Shown piece by piece: positions 1 to 11,200 of a stretch of DNA of 64,000 nucleotides. The position numbers were made by a program, and so were the translations under genes. This DNA is from Felis catus. Lineage: Eukaryota. Location: NCBI RefSeq assembly GCF_018350175.1, contig NC_058373.1:36394001-36458000 (forward strand). Reading direction: 5' to 3'. Every line of letters starts with the position of its first letter. The stretch's first letter is position 1. The notes under the pieces are model-generated. The model searched no databases. It saw nothing but the letters and a program-made list of their open reading frames with translations, and was not told where the DNA came from.

Positions 1-79
1 AGGGTGTTTATTAGCCCTCCAAAGGTGGCCGGTCATAAACGACCTAAAGACAAGGACTACAGGTGCTTCCTGACAGCAG

Positions 80-224
80 TGCCGGAAGAGTGTCCTCCCT
101 AGAACCCAACAGTGCTGGCACCCTGTCCTTGGACCCCTAGCCTCCAGAACTGCAAGAAATAAATCATGTGGTTTATAAGCCCCCAGTCCGTGCTGTTTTG
201 TTACAGCAGCTCAAACAACCAACA
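80..224 (+). mobile_element. MaLR (MLT1-like) LTR 3' end
   Basis: Typical cctccagaactg...aataaa...ttataagc...ttgttacagcagc terminus. Confidence 0.7.
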
Positions 225-445
225 GTTATTGAAATGTACTACATGCAGAGGACTGTTTTAAGCAGCTCTCACACATTACCTCATTTAATCCTTACCATTG
301 TCCTACCTAATAGGTACCATTATTATGATTGTGCCCATTTTACAGATGAGGAAACCGAGAGCAGAGACCTTGACCCTTCTGTCCACTGTTGAACTCCAGC
401 ACCCAGAATGGTAGGAATTCAACACACTCGTCTGTTTAACGGCAC
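225..445. mobile_element. MIR
   Basis: Core cccattttacagatgaggaaac. Confidence 0.75.
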
Positions 446-2633
446 CATGATGTGCTCTAATGGGGAGCTCAGGGGCCAACAACCTCCCGGATGATGGCCC
501 AGTGGGACCTGGGAAACGGACTGAGGCTCTGATGCCATTCAAGAGGTCTGCCCCTGCCTCCTGCCCTCTTTTCATCCACGCTTATTTTTCAAGGCCACTT
601 ATATGCAGCACTTTCACAAAGAGAGAAATCAGATTTAGGTTTGGCTCCCGAGTAGATTATAATTACAATTTAAATCAGGGATAACCTATGCAGAAAAACC
701 ATGGCAAAGTAACAAAAATCACAAAGAGAAGCAAACAATGTGCTGTAACAATTTTCTCATTCGTTCGTTCATTCATTCATTCATTCATTCGTTCACTCAC
801 TCAAGGAGCATTCAGTGGGTTCAGCCCTGGGATGCAGAGATGAGAGTGATTTAGGTCCCACTTCCAGTGGGAGGAGGCAGTGAAGGATAGCAAAGGCCTG
901 GGGCCAGCAGGTGAGGAGAGCGGGCTCCAGGCCAGAGGCCTGCCCCCCACATCTCTCTTCTCTCTGCTCTGAGGGGACCTTTCCCCAGAGCTGGTCCAGC
1001 CTAGAGTGCAGCCTAAAGGGTTCTGGTCTGCCGAGAAAAGCAAGTCAGTGGACCTTGTCCCAGGCCTTGGGGCTAGCTGACCCCTTTCTGTGTCCCTCTG
1101 TCCTCCCCCCTCCCTCTGTGATAGCTGGCAGAGGGCTCCAGGCTCCTGGCCTGGCTGCACACTCATGCACCTGCTCACTCACGCGGAGCCATCTACAGAC
1201 AGCCCGGCCTCTTCCCCCATCTGCCCACGCAGCTCTGCGGGGTGATTGATGGGGCTGCTCTCGCTCTGGGTCCCAGAGAGCTCCTTTTGAATAATAACTT
1301 GGCAAAATTACTCCCTTTTTTTTTTTGCTCTCCCTATTTCTGATTCATTTGTTCTTTCTAAGTCATTCATCTTTTTTGAGTCAGAGGAAGAATGAGGAAG
1401 AGGAGGAGGAGGAGGAGTCACAGGTGCGAGGGGCCAGGAGCCCCGCCTCCTCCTGTCACCGACTGCACCCGAGACGGCACCTCTCCCGCTAGGATGTCTC
1501 TATTACACCTGACCTCTGCCCGTGGGAGAAAAGCCAGTGTGGGAGGTAAGGGAGGTGGGGGAGGGAGGGGCCTTTCTGGACTGCGGAAGCCCCACCTTGA
1601 AGGCAGCCGCCTGCTCTATTCACATGCAAGGTCTCCTGACACGCTTGCGGGAATGTTAGGGTTTTCTCACCCTCAAAGGGGAGCAGCAAAGAAGGTAGGA
1701 AGGAGAGATGGGGGTTCAAGTGGGTCCTGTCAGCTTACCAACACCTTCACTGGCCACCTGCCATGTGCCAAGCTCCATAAAGACAGACAAACCGATTCTA
1801 TTCCTGCCCCCAAGGGGTTCGCGGGCTAGTACACAGGTAAGCACAACACCTGCGGTACATGGTCTAGTGGAAGTAAGTCCCGTGCAAGCATACGGAGGAG
1901 ACTATTTATTCTGTGACAAGAGGGACCAGCAAGGCAGTCTTCACAGATGGGCGGGTGATGAGCTCTTCCGAAGCCTCAGTCTAAAGGTGGGGGAGGATGC
2001 TCCAATGGGGGGAGGAAATAGCTTCTTTCTTTTACCAAAAAATGTGCCCTTTGCTCCTCTGCCACACAGAAACTCACTGCCTATTTCTCTCTATTTTGTT
2101 TTCTCCAGCAGGCTGCACGCACACAACTGGGATGGTTCGAGTATGGCCCCAAATGTCCGCGGGCACGATCAGGGAGCCTGTTTGGGGCCATTTGCCGCAT
2201 GGCTACGGTTGGGAGGCTGGAAGTTTCCTTGAGAGTCAAGTCTCCTTCCAGCCATCTCTGCCATTCAGCTTGAGTATTTTTCCCCCTGGGAAGGATTTCC
2301 CCATAAAATAAATGTCTCGTCTGAATTAATCTTATTTTTCAAAGGAGGGAGTCGTCATATTGTAAAGACAGATCATAAAAAGATGCATCAATCTGTCAGG
2401 AAGGCTGGTTACTATGAGTATTTGTTTAGCAGAAACGGTGTGCCCCATCCCCACCCCAGACATCTGGCCCGAGAGGCTGGGCTATTGCTGGGCCCAGCCC
2501 CATGCGGGCAACTTCTCCTGAGTGCCCCAGGCCTCTGCAGTCTTTGCAGACCAGCCCCAGGCCCGGAAGGGGCCTGGCTAGGGTGCCCAGGTTGGCATAT
2601 TGTGGCAGCCTAACTTTTCAGAAGAGGCCTGGA

Positions 2634-2647
2634 GCGCCCCCCACTGG
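2634..2647 (-). promoter_or_regulatory. Candidate CTCF site
   Basis: CCAGTGGGGGGCGC compared with the CCASYAGRKGGCRS core. Confidence 0.4.
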
Positions 2648-2716
2648 AGGGGCCAGTCCCACTGCCCAGACATGTCCCAGACACTTTCATTCGGGAGCTA
2701 ATGGTCTTTGGGATCT

Positions 2717-2950
2717 TTTTTTTTTCTTTTTTAATTTTTTTTTTCAACGTTTTTATTTTATTTTTGGGACAGAGAGAGACAGAGCATGAATGGGGGAGGG
2801 GCAGAGAGAGAGGGAGACACAGAATCGGAAACAGGCTCCAGGCTCCGAGCCATCAGCCCAGAGCCTGACGCGGGGCTCGAACTCACGGACTGCGAGATCG
2901 TGACCTGGCTGAAGTCGGACGCTTAACCGACTGCGCCACCCAGGCGCCCC
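2717..2950 (-). mobile_element. Can-SINE, young felid SINEC_Fc type
   Basis: Near-consensus body with intact CpGs, A-tail, short TSD ggatctt. Confidence 0.93.
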
Positions 2951-3067
2951 TAGGATCTTAACGATACTCCAGACAATCTCTCCATTTTGTTTACACTTGG
3001 AGAAAAAAAAAAAAAAAAGATTATATAGGCCTTAACCTCAGGTCATAGATTAAAAAGTAAACCGGTT

Positions 3068-3470
3068 AGGGGCACTTGGGTGGCTCTGTTGGTTAAGCGT
3101 CCGGCTTCAGGTCACGATCTCACAGTGAGTTCAAGCCCTGCATGGGGCTCTCTGCTGTCAGCACAGAGCCCTCTTCAGATCCTATGTCCCCCTCTCTCTG
3201 CCCCTCCTTCACTCGCGTTCTGTCTCTGTCTCTCAAAAATAAACAGAAGGGGCGCCTGGGTGGCTCAGTCGGTTGAGCGGCCGGCTTTGGCTCAGGTCAT
3301 GATCTCACAGTCCGTGAGTTCGAGCCCCGCATCGGGCTCTGTGCTGACCACTCAGAACCTGGAGCCTGTTTCAGATTCTGTGTCTCCCTCTCTCTGCCCC
3401 TCCCTCGTTCATGCTCTCTCTCTGTCTCAAAAATAAATAAACGTTAAAAAAAATTAAAAAATAAACATAG
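3068..3470 (+). mobile_element. Two Can-SINEs, the second inserted in the tail of the first
   Basis: Two heads at ~3068 and ~3249. aaaaataaaca recurs on both sides of the second. Confidence 0.88.
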
Positions 3471-3776
3471 AAAAAACGTTTTTTAAAAAGTAGCACAACC
3501 ACACAAGCAATTCCTGAAGAGCATGATGTAAAATTTATATACTATAATATAAAACGTACACGGATAATACATGAAATACGAAAGAGAAAAAGGCAAAAGT
3601 CCTCCTTCACCTCCTCTACAGCTGACCACTGTGAATGTTTGCTTATCTCCTAACTCTTTTGACGCATTTCTACTGATGTATCCCCTGCTCCCCACGCATA
3701 CACGGGGTATTTTGGATTACATGAAGTTGTTCTTTTTTCTTTTACTTAATATTCTTTTATAAAAAATAAAAGAATA

Positions 3777-4010
3777 GGGGCACCTGGGTGGCTCAGTCGG
3801 TTAAGCGGCCGACTTCGGCTCAGGTCATGATCTCGCAGTCCATGAGTTCGAGCCCCGCATCAGGCTCTGTGCTGACAGCTCAGAGCCTGGAGCCTGTTTC
3901 AGATTCTGTGTCTCCCTCTCTCTGACCCTCCCCTGTCTCAAAAATAAATGCTCTGTGTCTCCCTGTCTCAAAAATAAATAAAACGTTAAAAAAAATTTTT
4001 TAAAAAAAGA
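3777..4010 (+). mobile_element. Can-SINE
   Basis: Head, (CT)n, A-tail. Confidence 0.9.
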
Positions 4011-4190
4011 ATAAAACCTACAGACATTTATCATAGAAACTTCAAACTTTATGGAGGGTAAAAGTTTTTTAAAAAAGATAAAATGTAAAAAAAAAAGATA
4101 AAAAGTAAAAAAAAAAAGTTAAAAAGTAAAAAAAATCATAAAAAAAAAGAAAATCCTTCCTGTTCCTCATTCCTACTCCCCAAAGCAGAT

Positions 4191-4194
<4 letters not shown>

Positions 4195-4225
<31 letters not shown>

Positions 4226-4242
4226 TGTATATATATATATAT
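4195..4242. repeat. (TA)n microsatellite, interrupted
   Basis: Seen directly. Confidence 0.9.
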
Positions 4243-4308
4243 TTGTGCATCTTTTAAAGAAATATATTTTATGTATACACCAGTATTTAAAAATATTCAC
4301 ATTCATTC

Positions 4309-4505
4309 TGGGGTGCCTAGCTGGCTCAGGCAGCTGAGCGTCTGACTCCTGATTTCGGCTCAGGTCAAAATCATGACCCCAGGGTCATGGGCTTAGCCCC
4401 ATGTCGGGCTCAGCGCTGAGTCTGAAGCCTGCTTGAGATTCTCTCTCTCCCTCTGCCCTTCTCCCCTGCTCCAGCTCTCTCTCTCTCTAAATAATTTTTA
4501 AAAAT
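4309..4505 (+). mobile_element. Older Can-SINE
   Basis: Diverged head and body, (CT)n. Confidence 0.85.
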
Positions 4506-5698
4506 ATATTCATCCTTACTGTGTCCATTTTATAGACGAGGAAGTGACAGCTCAGAGAGGTCACAGGGCTTATCCAAGGTCACACAGCCAACTGGGACAG
4601 AGGCAAATGTGGAAACCAATGTCCTGACTGTGGCGGGCGGAGGCCCTTTCACTGCACGTCTCCAAGGTGTTTGCCCAGAGCCAGTCTCTCCTGGTGTCTC
4701 TAATCCCTCCCTAATCTTGACTTTGTGTGCAAGGCTGGTGACACCTCTCAATATTGTCCGTGTCACCGTCCCCTCCCGTGAGCGCCTGTTGGCTCTCGGT
4801 GTATTAATAGACTGCACTTGTGCCTCTCGTCCGGGTGGGCCTGTCTAATCGCTTCACGAACGCCTGCCGTCTCTGTCAGAGCTGTCCTCAGTGCAGAGTG
4901 GCCTCATGGAGCCTGACAAAGTGATTCATTCAGTGGGCTTTTGTTTCCCAGACTACAAATGACACTTATATGCAGAAGACCCTTCTTCCCAAGGATAATT
5001 CCAGTTCAGTAAGCCTTGTGGGAGCTGACATGCGGGGTAGGCCTTTTGCCCCTCCCTCTGTGCTAGATTCTGGGGCCACAGGCCTGACCTTGGGGAGCTC
5101 ACAGGTTGATGGAGGACAGCACACACCTATATATAATCCGCCCTTTACCGCAGTTCGCCTGTGTTCCCTCTGTTCTCTTTGTGTGTGTCTGCCTTAGCCC
5201 TCTGAGACCCAGATGTGTCTATGGAGAACAGTCAGCCAGCCATATGGACACATTCGTTTCTTGTTGATAGCAGGATGGCCCCCATCTGGACGTCCGGCAA
5301 CATCCAGATGGACACGCTACCCATCGATCCTGCCACCTACAGTGATAGAAGGTGGCAGAGCCTCAGGGCCTACAGGCTCTCTCCACTTACAGATGGAAAA
5401 GTGGGAAGCCCAGAACCTGGACAGCAAGGACCAGGAAGGGAGCGCTACGTTGGGGGTGTGGCAGGGGAAGGAGGGTCTGTGTATGCATTCGAGTGTTGGG
5501 GTTAGGGGCTGGCAGCTAGAGGAACTCTGATCCTGAAACTGAATTCTCCTGACTTCACAGAACTGCCCAAGTCTGGGTCTGAAGACTGGAGCCCGACCTT
5601 CGGGGTGGGGCGCGGTCTCCCCCAGCCTTTGATTCACTGCCACTCCGGAACCGGTCTCCTTCCCGGCAAACAAAACCTCCGCGATCTCTGATTCTGCA

Positions 5699-5712
5699 GC
5701 GCCCTCCAGTGG
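5699..5712 (-). promoter_or_regulatory. Candidate CTCF site
   Basis: CCACTGGAGGGCGC within a small CpG-rich patch. Confidence 0.5.
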
Positions 5713-5764
5713 GTAACGGGAGTATGTCTGCAGAGAAAGTCTTAGGACTCCACGTGGTAGGTCA

Positions 5765-5828
5765 TTACTGGATTTTAGAATCTATATGCAAGTTCCTTAC
5801 TGGATTTTAGAATCTATATGCAAGTTCC
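5765..5828. repeat. Perfect 32-bp tandem duplication
   Basis: ttactggattttagaatctatatgcaagttcc x2. Confidence 0.95.
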
Positions 5829-8157
5829 TCCACCTGCTCCCCACCCTCTGCGTGAGAGAAAATTCTAAAAGCACGGTTGGCTGTTTGTATGGAGGAGTGG
5901 AGAAGGGAAAGTCCCATGCTAAACAGACTCTGCTGTGCCAATTTTCCAAATGACTTTGGTCCATTCTTATTTCATCCCCCAGCCCTAAGTCAGGACACCC
6001 TCTTAGTTAACTTCTAACTCCAGATAGTGCCTGTTTCCCCCCAAGCCTTCGCAAGTTTGATGAAACTTGGGGGGAAACCCTAAACCAGCAGGGGGAAATG
6101 GGTTCCAAGACTCTGCGACCTCAGTGAGATAACACAACTCCTCCAGATCCGAGTTTCTTCATGTGAGCTGCGTGTGTACCCCAAGCGTGTTGGAAATTAA
6201 ACCTGGCCACATGTGGAGGGGCCCCCAACACCAGGTCTCCCAGCTGTGGGGGCTCCCAGCCAGAGAGGGGCTCAGTGAGGCTCCCCTCCTCCCCACCTTC
6301 CCTCCCAATGCGGTTGCCTTCCTTCCCTGCAGGTACTTGGTCCCTCCTCCTCTCCTCCTCTTCCTCTTGCGCCTCCTGCCTCCTGCTTCCGGGGTCATAC
6401 CCCTCACCTCCTGTCTGCCTCAGTCCTCATGGAGCATACTGCCCTCTCCCCCAGTGGGCCCTTCAACTCCTTCAGCCACCATCCCCTTCTCTCGTGGCTG
6501 CTTTGTGAAGAGAACTTTTCCCACCTGCTTTGTTTCCTTGTCACCCATGTGATGCTTCCATCGTCCTCTCCGCTCAGCTGCTGCACACCCCCCCCCTCAC
6601 CTGTGTCCCAGCTCCCTCCCTGGATGCCCAGGCCTTTTATAAGGGGTGTCACCGTCACGGGTGTCACCCAGCTCCTTTACCTGTTCTCCCTCGGGGTCTT
6701 CCGACCCACACGAAAGAAAAGCACTTTCCATGGGAACGTGTCGGACCTCTGGAAGGCAGCTTTGGGGAGGAGGGTTTTAGGCTCTCACGGAAGAGAGAGA
6801 ACTAGAAGGGCAGGCCGCAACACGGAGGACTCCCAGGAACTGTGGGGTTCACAGGGGCTTGCTGTGCGGGGCAGGTGGAAAACAGCTCAGATCCGAGGGG
6901 GTGAGGCCAGCCCACCCTCCCTTGCCCTCAGCCCAGGGCCTCCCTTCCACAAAGTGTCTTCTAGGAGAACTTTGGCATTTGCTGTTTCTGCCAGGTACTC
7001 TGGCCACACAGTGACAGAAGGGGCCACGAGAAGATGCCGAGATAAAGAGACGGGCAGGGAGGGAAGACACGTGTCCTGAGTACGGACGGTACGGATGGTG
7101 ATGTCTCCTCTTACTCTCACAACAACTGTGACCGGGGGCGCCCTTTTTCAGATGAAGAATCTGACTCAGAGGGGTTCCCAGGGCTACACCACTGGGCCAT
7201 GTCTGAACTGAGCTTCTGGGAGCCACCTACCCAGTGTCCAGGCACACAGCCTTGCCATGTCCCCCGCCCCCCCCCCCCCCCCCCCCACAGACTGTCACCT
7301 TCCTATTTCTCTAATGACTCCATGCATGGAGAGAAGGGAGAAACTGACATGTGGAGCAAGGGAGGGACATGGAGGCACACACGCAGGGGAGCGGTAGAGA
7401 GAGGCAGGGAGAGAAAGGCGGGGGATGGCAAAGGGACACAGATGGGGAGACAGTGACCTAGAGAGAAGTGGAAATAAGCTGCTCATCTCTTCCTAAGGGA
7501 ATGAATGGATTTGTAATAAAATACGCCTTCCAGGTCTCATCCCCAGAACTTCGCAATCAGAATTTCTGGGAGTGGGGCCCAGGAGTCTGCGTGGAAAGAA
7601 AGCTCCTCTGAGCAGCAAAGCGTGCTTTGAAGTGCATCCAAAAGACAAGATGCATTGATGGGTGGAGACAGAACGGGCAGACGGATAATATGCAGTAAAG
7701 CAAATACAGCGGCATGTTAACGGAGGAATCCAGCAAGTGGGTAACCCCGTTCACTGTACGATCCGTTTAGCTGTCTGTATGTTTGAAAATTTTCATAAGA
7801 AACTGTTGGGATAAAATCCTGAATGACTGTGCTGATTAGGCAGGTCTGGGACCGCTTGTTGTAGGGGAAGGCTTCCTCCGAGGACTTTGGGAGGAGCAGT
7901 CGCCTGGCAAGCGCCCTCTGCACCCCCCTCCGCGGCACCTTGGGTCTGATCAGTTTCTCAGCAATCCCAGAATGCACAGCGGCCCCCGCGCAGGCCACTG
8001 CCCTGTCCCCTGGGTCCTGAAGGAAGTCCATCTGCCCCTGGGCCCTCCTGTGCCGGGTGTGGAGCAGGACTAGGCAGGCCCTCCGAGGCTGGCCCCTGCG
8101 GGGCACAGAAGCAATGTGATCAAATCGGCTGGCGGGCTGGGTTTGGCAGAGGTGAGG

Positions 8158-8289
8158 CTAGAAGTTCTCTTGGAAGAATCTGAAGCTGAAGTGCTCACAA
8201 TGGCCCTTGAGCACCTTGGCCAGAGCTGGGGAGCCACAGAAGAAGACCTGCACCTTGCCCTTCTTCTCAGCAGCCACTTTCTGGAACAC
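8158..8289 (-). CDS. NOX5: NOX5 exon 16, coding part (VFQKVAAEKK...FFCGS...FFQENF*)
   Basis: CTCCAG|GTG acceptor, TAG stop at 8160-8158. Confidence 0.97.
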   Translation of the reverse strand: MFQKVAAEKKGKVQVFFCGSPALAKVLKGHCEHFSFRFFQENF

Positions 8290-11200
8290 CTGGAGCCCAC
8301 ACGGGGTTAGGAGAGAGGGAGGGGGAGTAGGCCTGTGGACCTGCTCAGGTACCCACCCACCTGGTGCTGACGAGGAAATCCAAGGCACAGCCGCGTGGCT
8401 TCAGAGCAGAGTCCAACGTGCAGCCATTAATTTGGGGGCCATTTGCTCACCCCCCAGCCTGACCCAGACCCCAGGAAGGGGCTGGGCCGGAACGACCCAG
8501 TTCTTCCACTCCCAGAGCGCGCCTGCGGGGAGACTGCAGGGCTGGAGGGCCACCCCAGAGCATGCTGAACCCCGACTGCTCAGACCTCACACTAGTCCTC
8601 CCCTGGTCACATGCCTCCATTGAAATGTCTCTTTCCTAAAGTCCAGCTTTTCCCCCAGTGAGGACCCTTCCCCACCCCACATTCTGCTTAAGGAGGCCAC
8701 TGCTGAAAGTCCTCTTTGGTGGCCAAGCAGCGGCAGCGTCCTGCTCCCTCACTGGGGACAATTGTCTCCAGTACTTTGAAAAGCAGTCCCTTCTGGCACC
8801 TCATGCAAACTCTGCACCTGATTGGGAAGTACTCAGCAGGAAAAATGACCTGAAACCCAATCTGAGAAATCAAATAGAAAGACCGTAAATTTCTGTGCCT
8901 TTGGGTCTCAGTCTTTTCCATTTGTACCAGAAACAGTAAGACATGGTGCGACTTCTCCAAGACCCTTGTCTTCTCAGGGCCTTCTGAGCCTCCCTTCACA
9001 GGGAGTTAGGGCTGGGGGAGGCCTAGGAGGTCATATAGGCGAACGTCTCTGAATAGATGAGGTAAGTGAGGCCAATAATACGACGAGGTAAGCTAGTGAT
9101 GGCACCAGAACGTAGGTCCCCTGCCTCCCTTTGTGGCTCTGGGATCCCGGTTGGACTCTGAATGCTGGCCTCATGCTTGGTCCCTAGCTTCCCGGCCCTA
9201 ATCTCCCAGCCACTGTCTTAGGCTCTCAGCCCCACTGGGCCCTGCAGGCTGCGGGGCCCTCGCTGGCCTTTACCTTCCTCCAGTCAGGCCGCCCAGGCTG
9301 GGTGCGTGTCTGGAGGCCCGTGATGGAGTCCTTCTTCTCCTTCTTGGCCAGGAGGTCGAGGGCCATCTGCAGGCCAATGGCCTTCATGTCATTCTTGCCC
9401 AGTGCAGAGGTCATGTACATATGCAGCTCCAGGAAGGGGCCTGTGTGGCGGGGGGAGAAGGTGGCACTGAGGAGCTCGCGCCCGTGATGGGGACAGGGTA
9501 GGACTCCAGCCCCTAGTCCTGGGGCTTGGATAGAGACCAAGAGTGCTCTGAACTCACACCTTCAGCCCACTGCGCTTGCCCATGACCTCCAAGGGACCAG
9601 AGCTTTAGAAAGGAAAGGTGGTCCACTGCTGGAGTGGAGCCTACTCTGTGCATGGCATACACGAGTGACTGTCCATCCACTCTCTGATGTGCGCCCCACA
9701 GCCACCCCAGGAGTAGACGGGGAAATGAATCCCAGGACAGCACAGCACAGCAGTCCTTGGGCTCTGAGCTCATGCCCTTTCCTGCCTCATGGTGTCTGCT
9801 CAGTCTGCTTGGGGACACAGGCCAGGCACACCTGGAAATGTAACTGAGAACAAAAGGTCAAGGGTTATATGAGTGGCAAATGCTACTGGTCTACAGGAAA
9901 TGGATGGGGCAGACTGAGCCGCTTCCTGAGAGGGTTGGGCAGGGCGGGGGGGGGGGGGTGCTGGGATAGGTCTTGAGAGAGGACCAAGATTCCAAGGTGG
10001 GGGGAGGGGATGAACAGAGGGCATCCTAAGAAGGGGGACCAGGTGAGCCGAGGATGAGAGGCCCGAACAGATGTGGTGTTTGTGGGGCATGATGTGACTG
10101 CCTGCCTGGAACACAGGATCCTTGAATGGGAGCAAACGTGAGATGGGACTGGGCACCCACTGAGACCAGAACGTGAAGGGGCTTGAATTCCCAGCCAGCA
10201 AGAGGGGGAAGGGAGTGGGTGTTGGAGCAGGGCATGATGGGATGAGAACAGCACCCCAGAAAGGGGAGCCAGAGGACAGGAGGGACAGGGCAGAGTTTGG
10301 CCTGGACCTGCCTGGACACTGGTGAGTGCCCACAGCTCAGTGCCTGCAACAGGACAGGTTTGCTGAGACACCGATCCCTTGAGCTCTCAGGGCAACTGGA
10401 GACCCCTGGTGGGCACCTCTGGGCTCAAGCACCTTCCTCCGTTTCCCCCGACATGGCGTACAAATGTTCTCATTTCCCAAGAGTGCCATGATGGGGAAAA
10501 GGCTGGCGAATGATGCCTTCCACCTGTGCGTTAGTCCAAGCTAATGACAGGCCCCGATTTAGGACGCTGGGTCCACAAGCTGATGATCACTTCATCCTTC
10601 TCTCCCAAGACTAAAGGATTCACGCCATGCCGGCTGGCTCTCTACTGTCTTGCGAGATATACCATTAGCCTGCTTTTCCTTTGGCTCAAGGTCTCAGTCA
10701 CTGTTAAAATGCAAATGGCCCTAGGAGAGATTCCACATTTTATTTCACATATCACTCCAGTTGAGTAGGGCTGGGTGGTGTGGGAGGGAAGAAGATGTAC
10801 CATAGGGGACGCTCATCTGAGAGAGCCCCGACCCTTCTTCCCCCCTCCCTGAGACTCCCCATCCCCCTGCGAGGGGTAAGGGGGAGCGACACCATGGTGG
10901 GAGAAGAAGGGTTCTGGAGAATGACCTGACATGGTTTTCATCCTCTCCAAACAGTCGTGTGGGAGACAGTCCATTTCTGGGACGCTCTCTTAAGGAAAGA
11001 CTTGAGCTATGTGCACATANNNNNNNNNNNNNNNNNNNNNNNNNNNNNNNNNNNNNNNNNNNNNNNNNNNNNNNNNNNNNNNNNNNNNNNNNNNNNNNNN
11101 NNNNNNNNNNNNNNNNNNNNNNNNNNNNNNNNNNNNNNNNNNNNNNNNNNNNNNNNNNNNNNNNNNNNNNNNNNNNNNNNNNNNNNNNNNNNNNNNNNNN

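Noticed and set aside
1392-1829. ORF starting MRKRRRRRS (protamine-like)
   Set aside because: The Arg run comes from a short GAG low-complexity tract, and the rest has no recognisable family.
3080-3436. Recurring MAQSVKRPTSAQVMIS-type ORFs throughout the window
   Set aside because: Translations of Can-SINEs, not a gene family.
6163-6552. Plus-strand ORF with signal-peptide-like PPPLLLFLLRLLPPASG after an acceptor-like site
   Set aside because: Explained by a CCT-rich low-complexity tract. No partner exons or homology found.
10580-10700. TGATGA box-C-like motif in intron 14
   Set aside because: No correctly spaced box D or terminal stem, and it is on the strand opposite the host gene.
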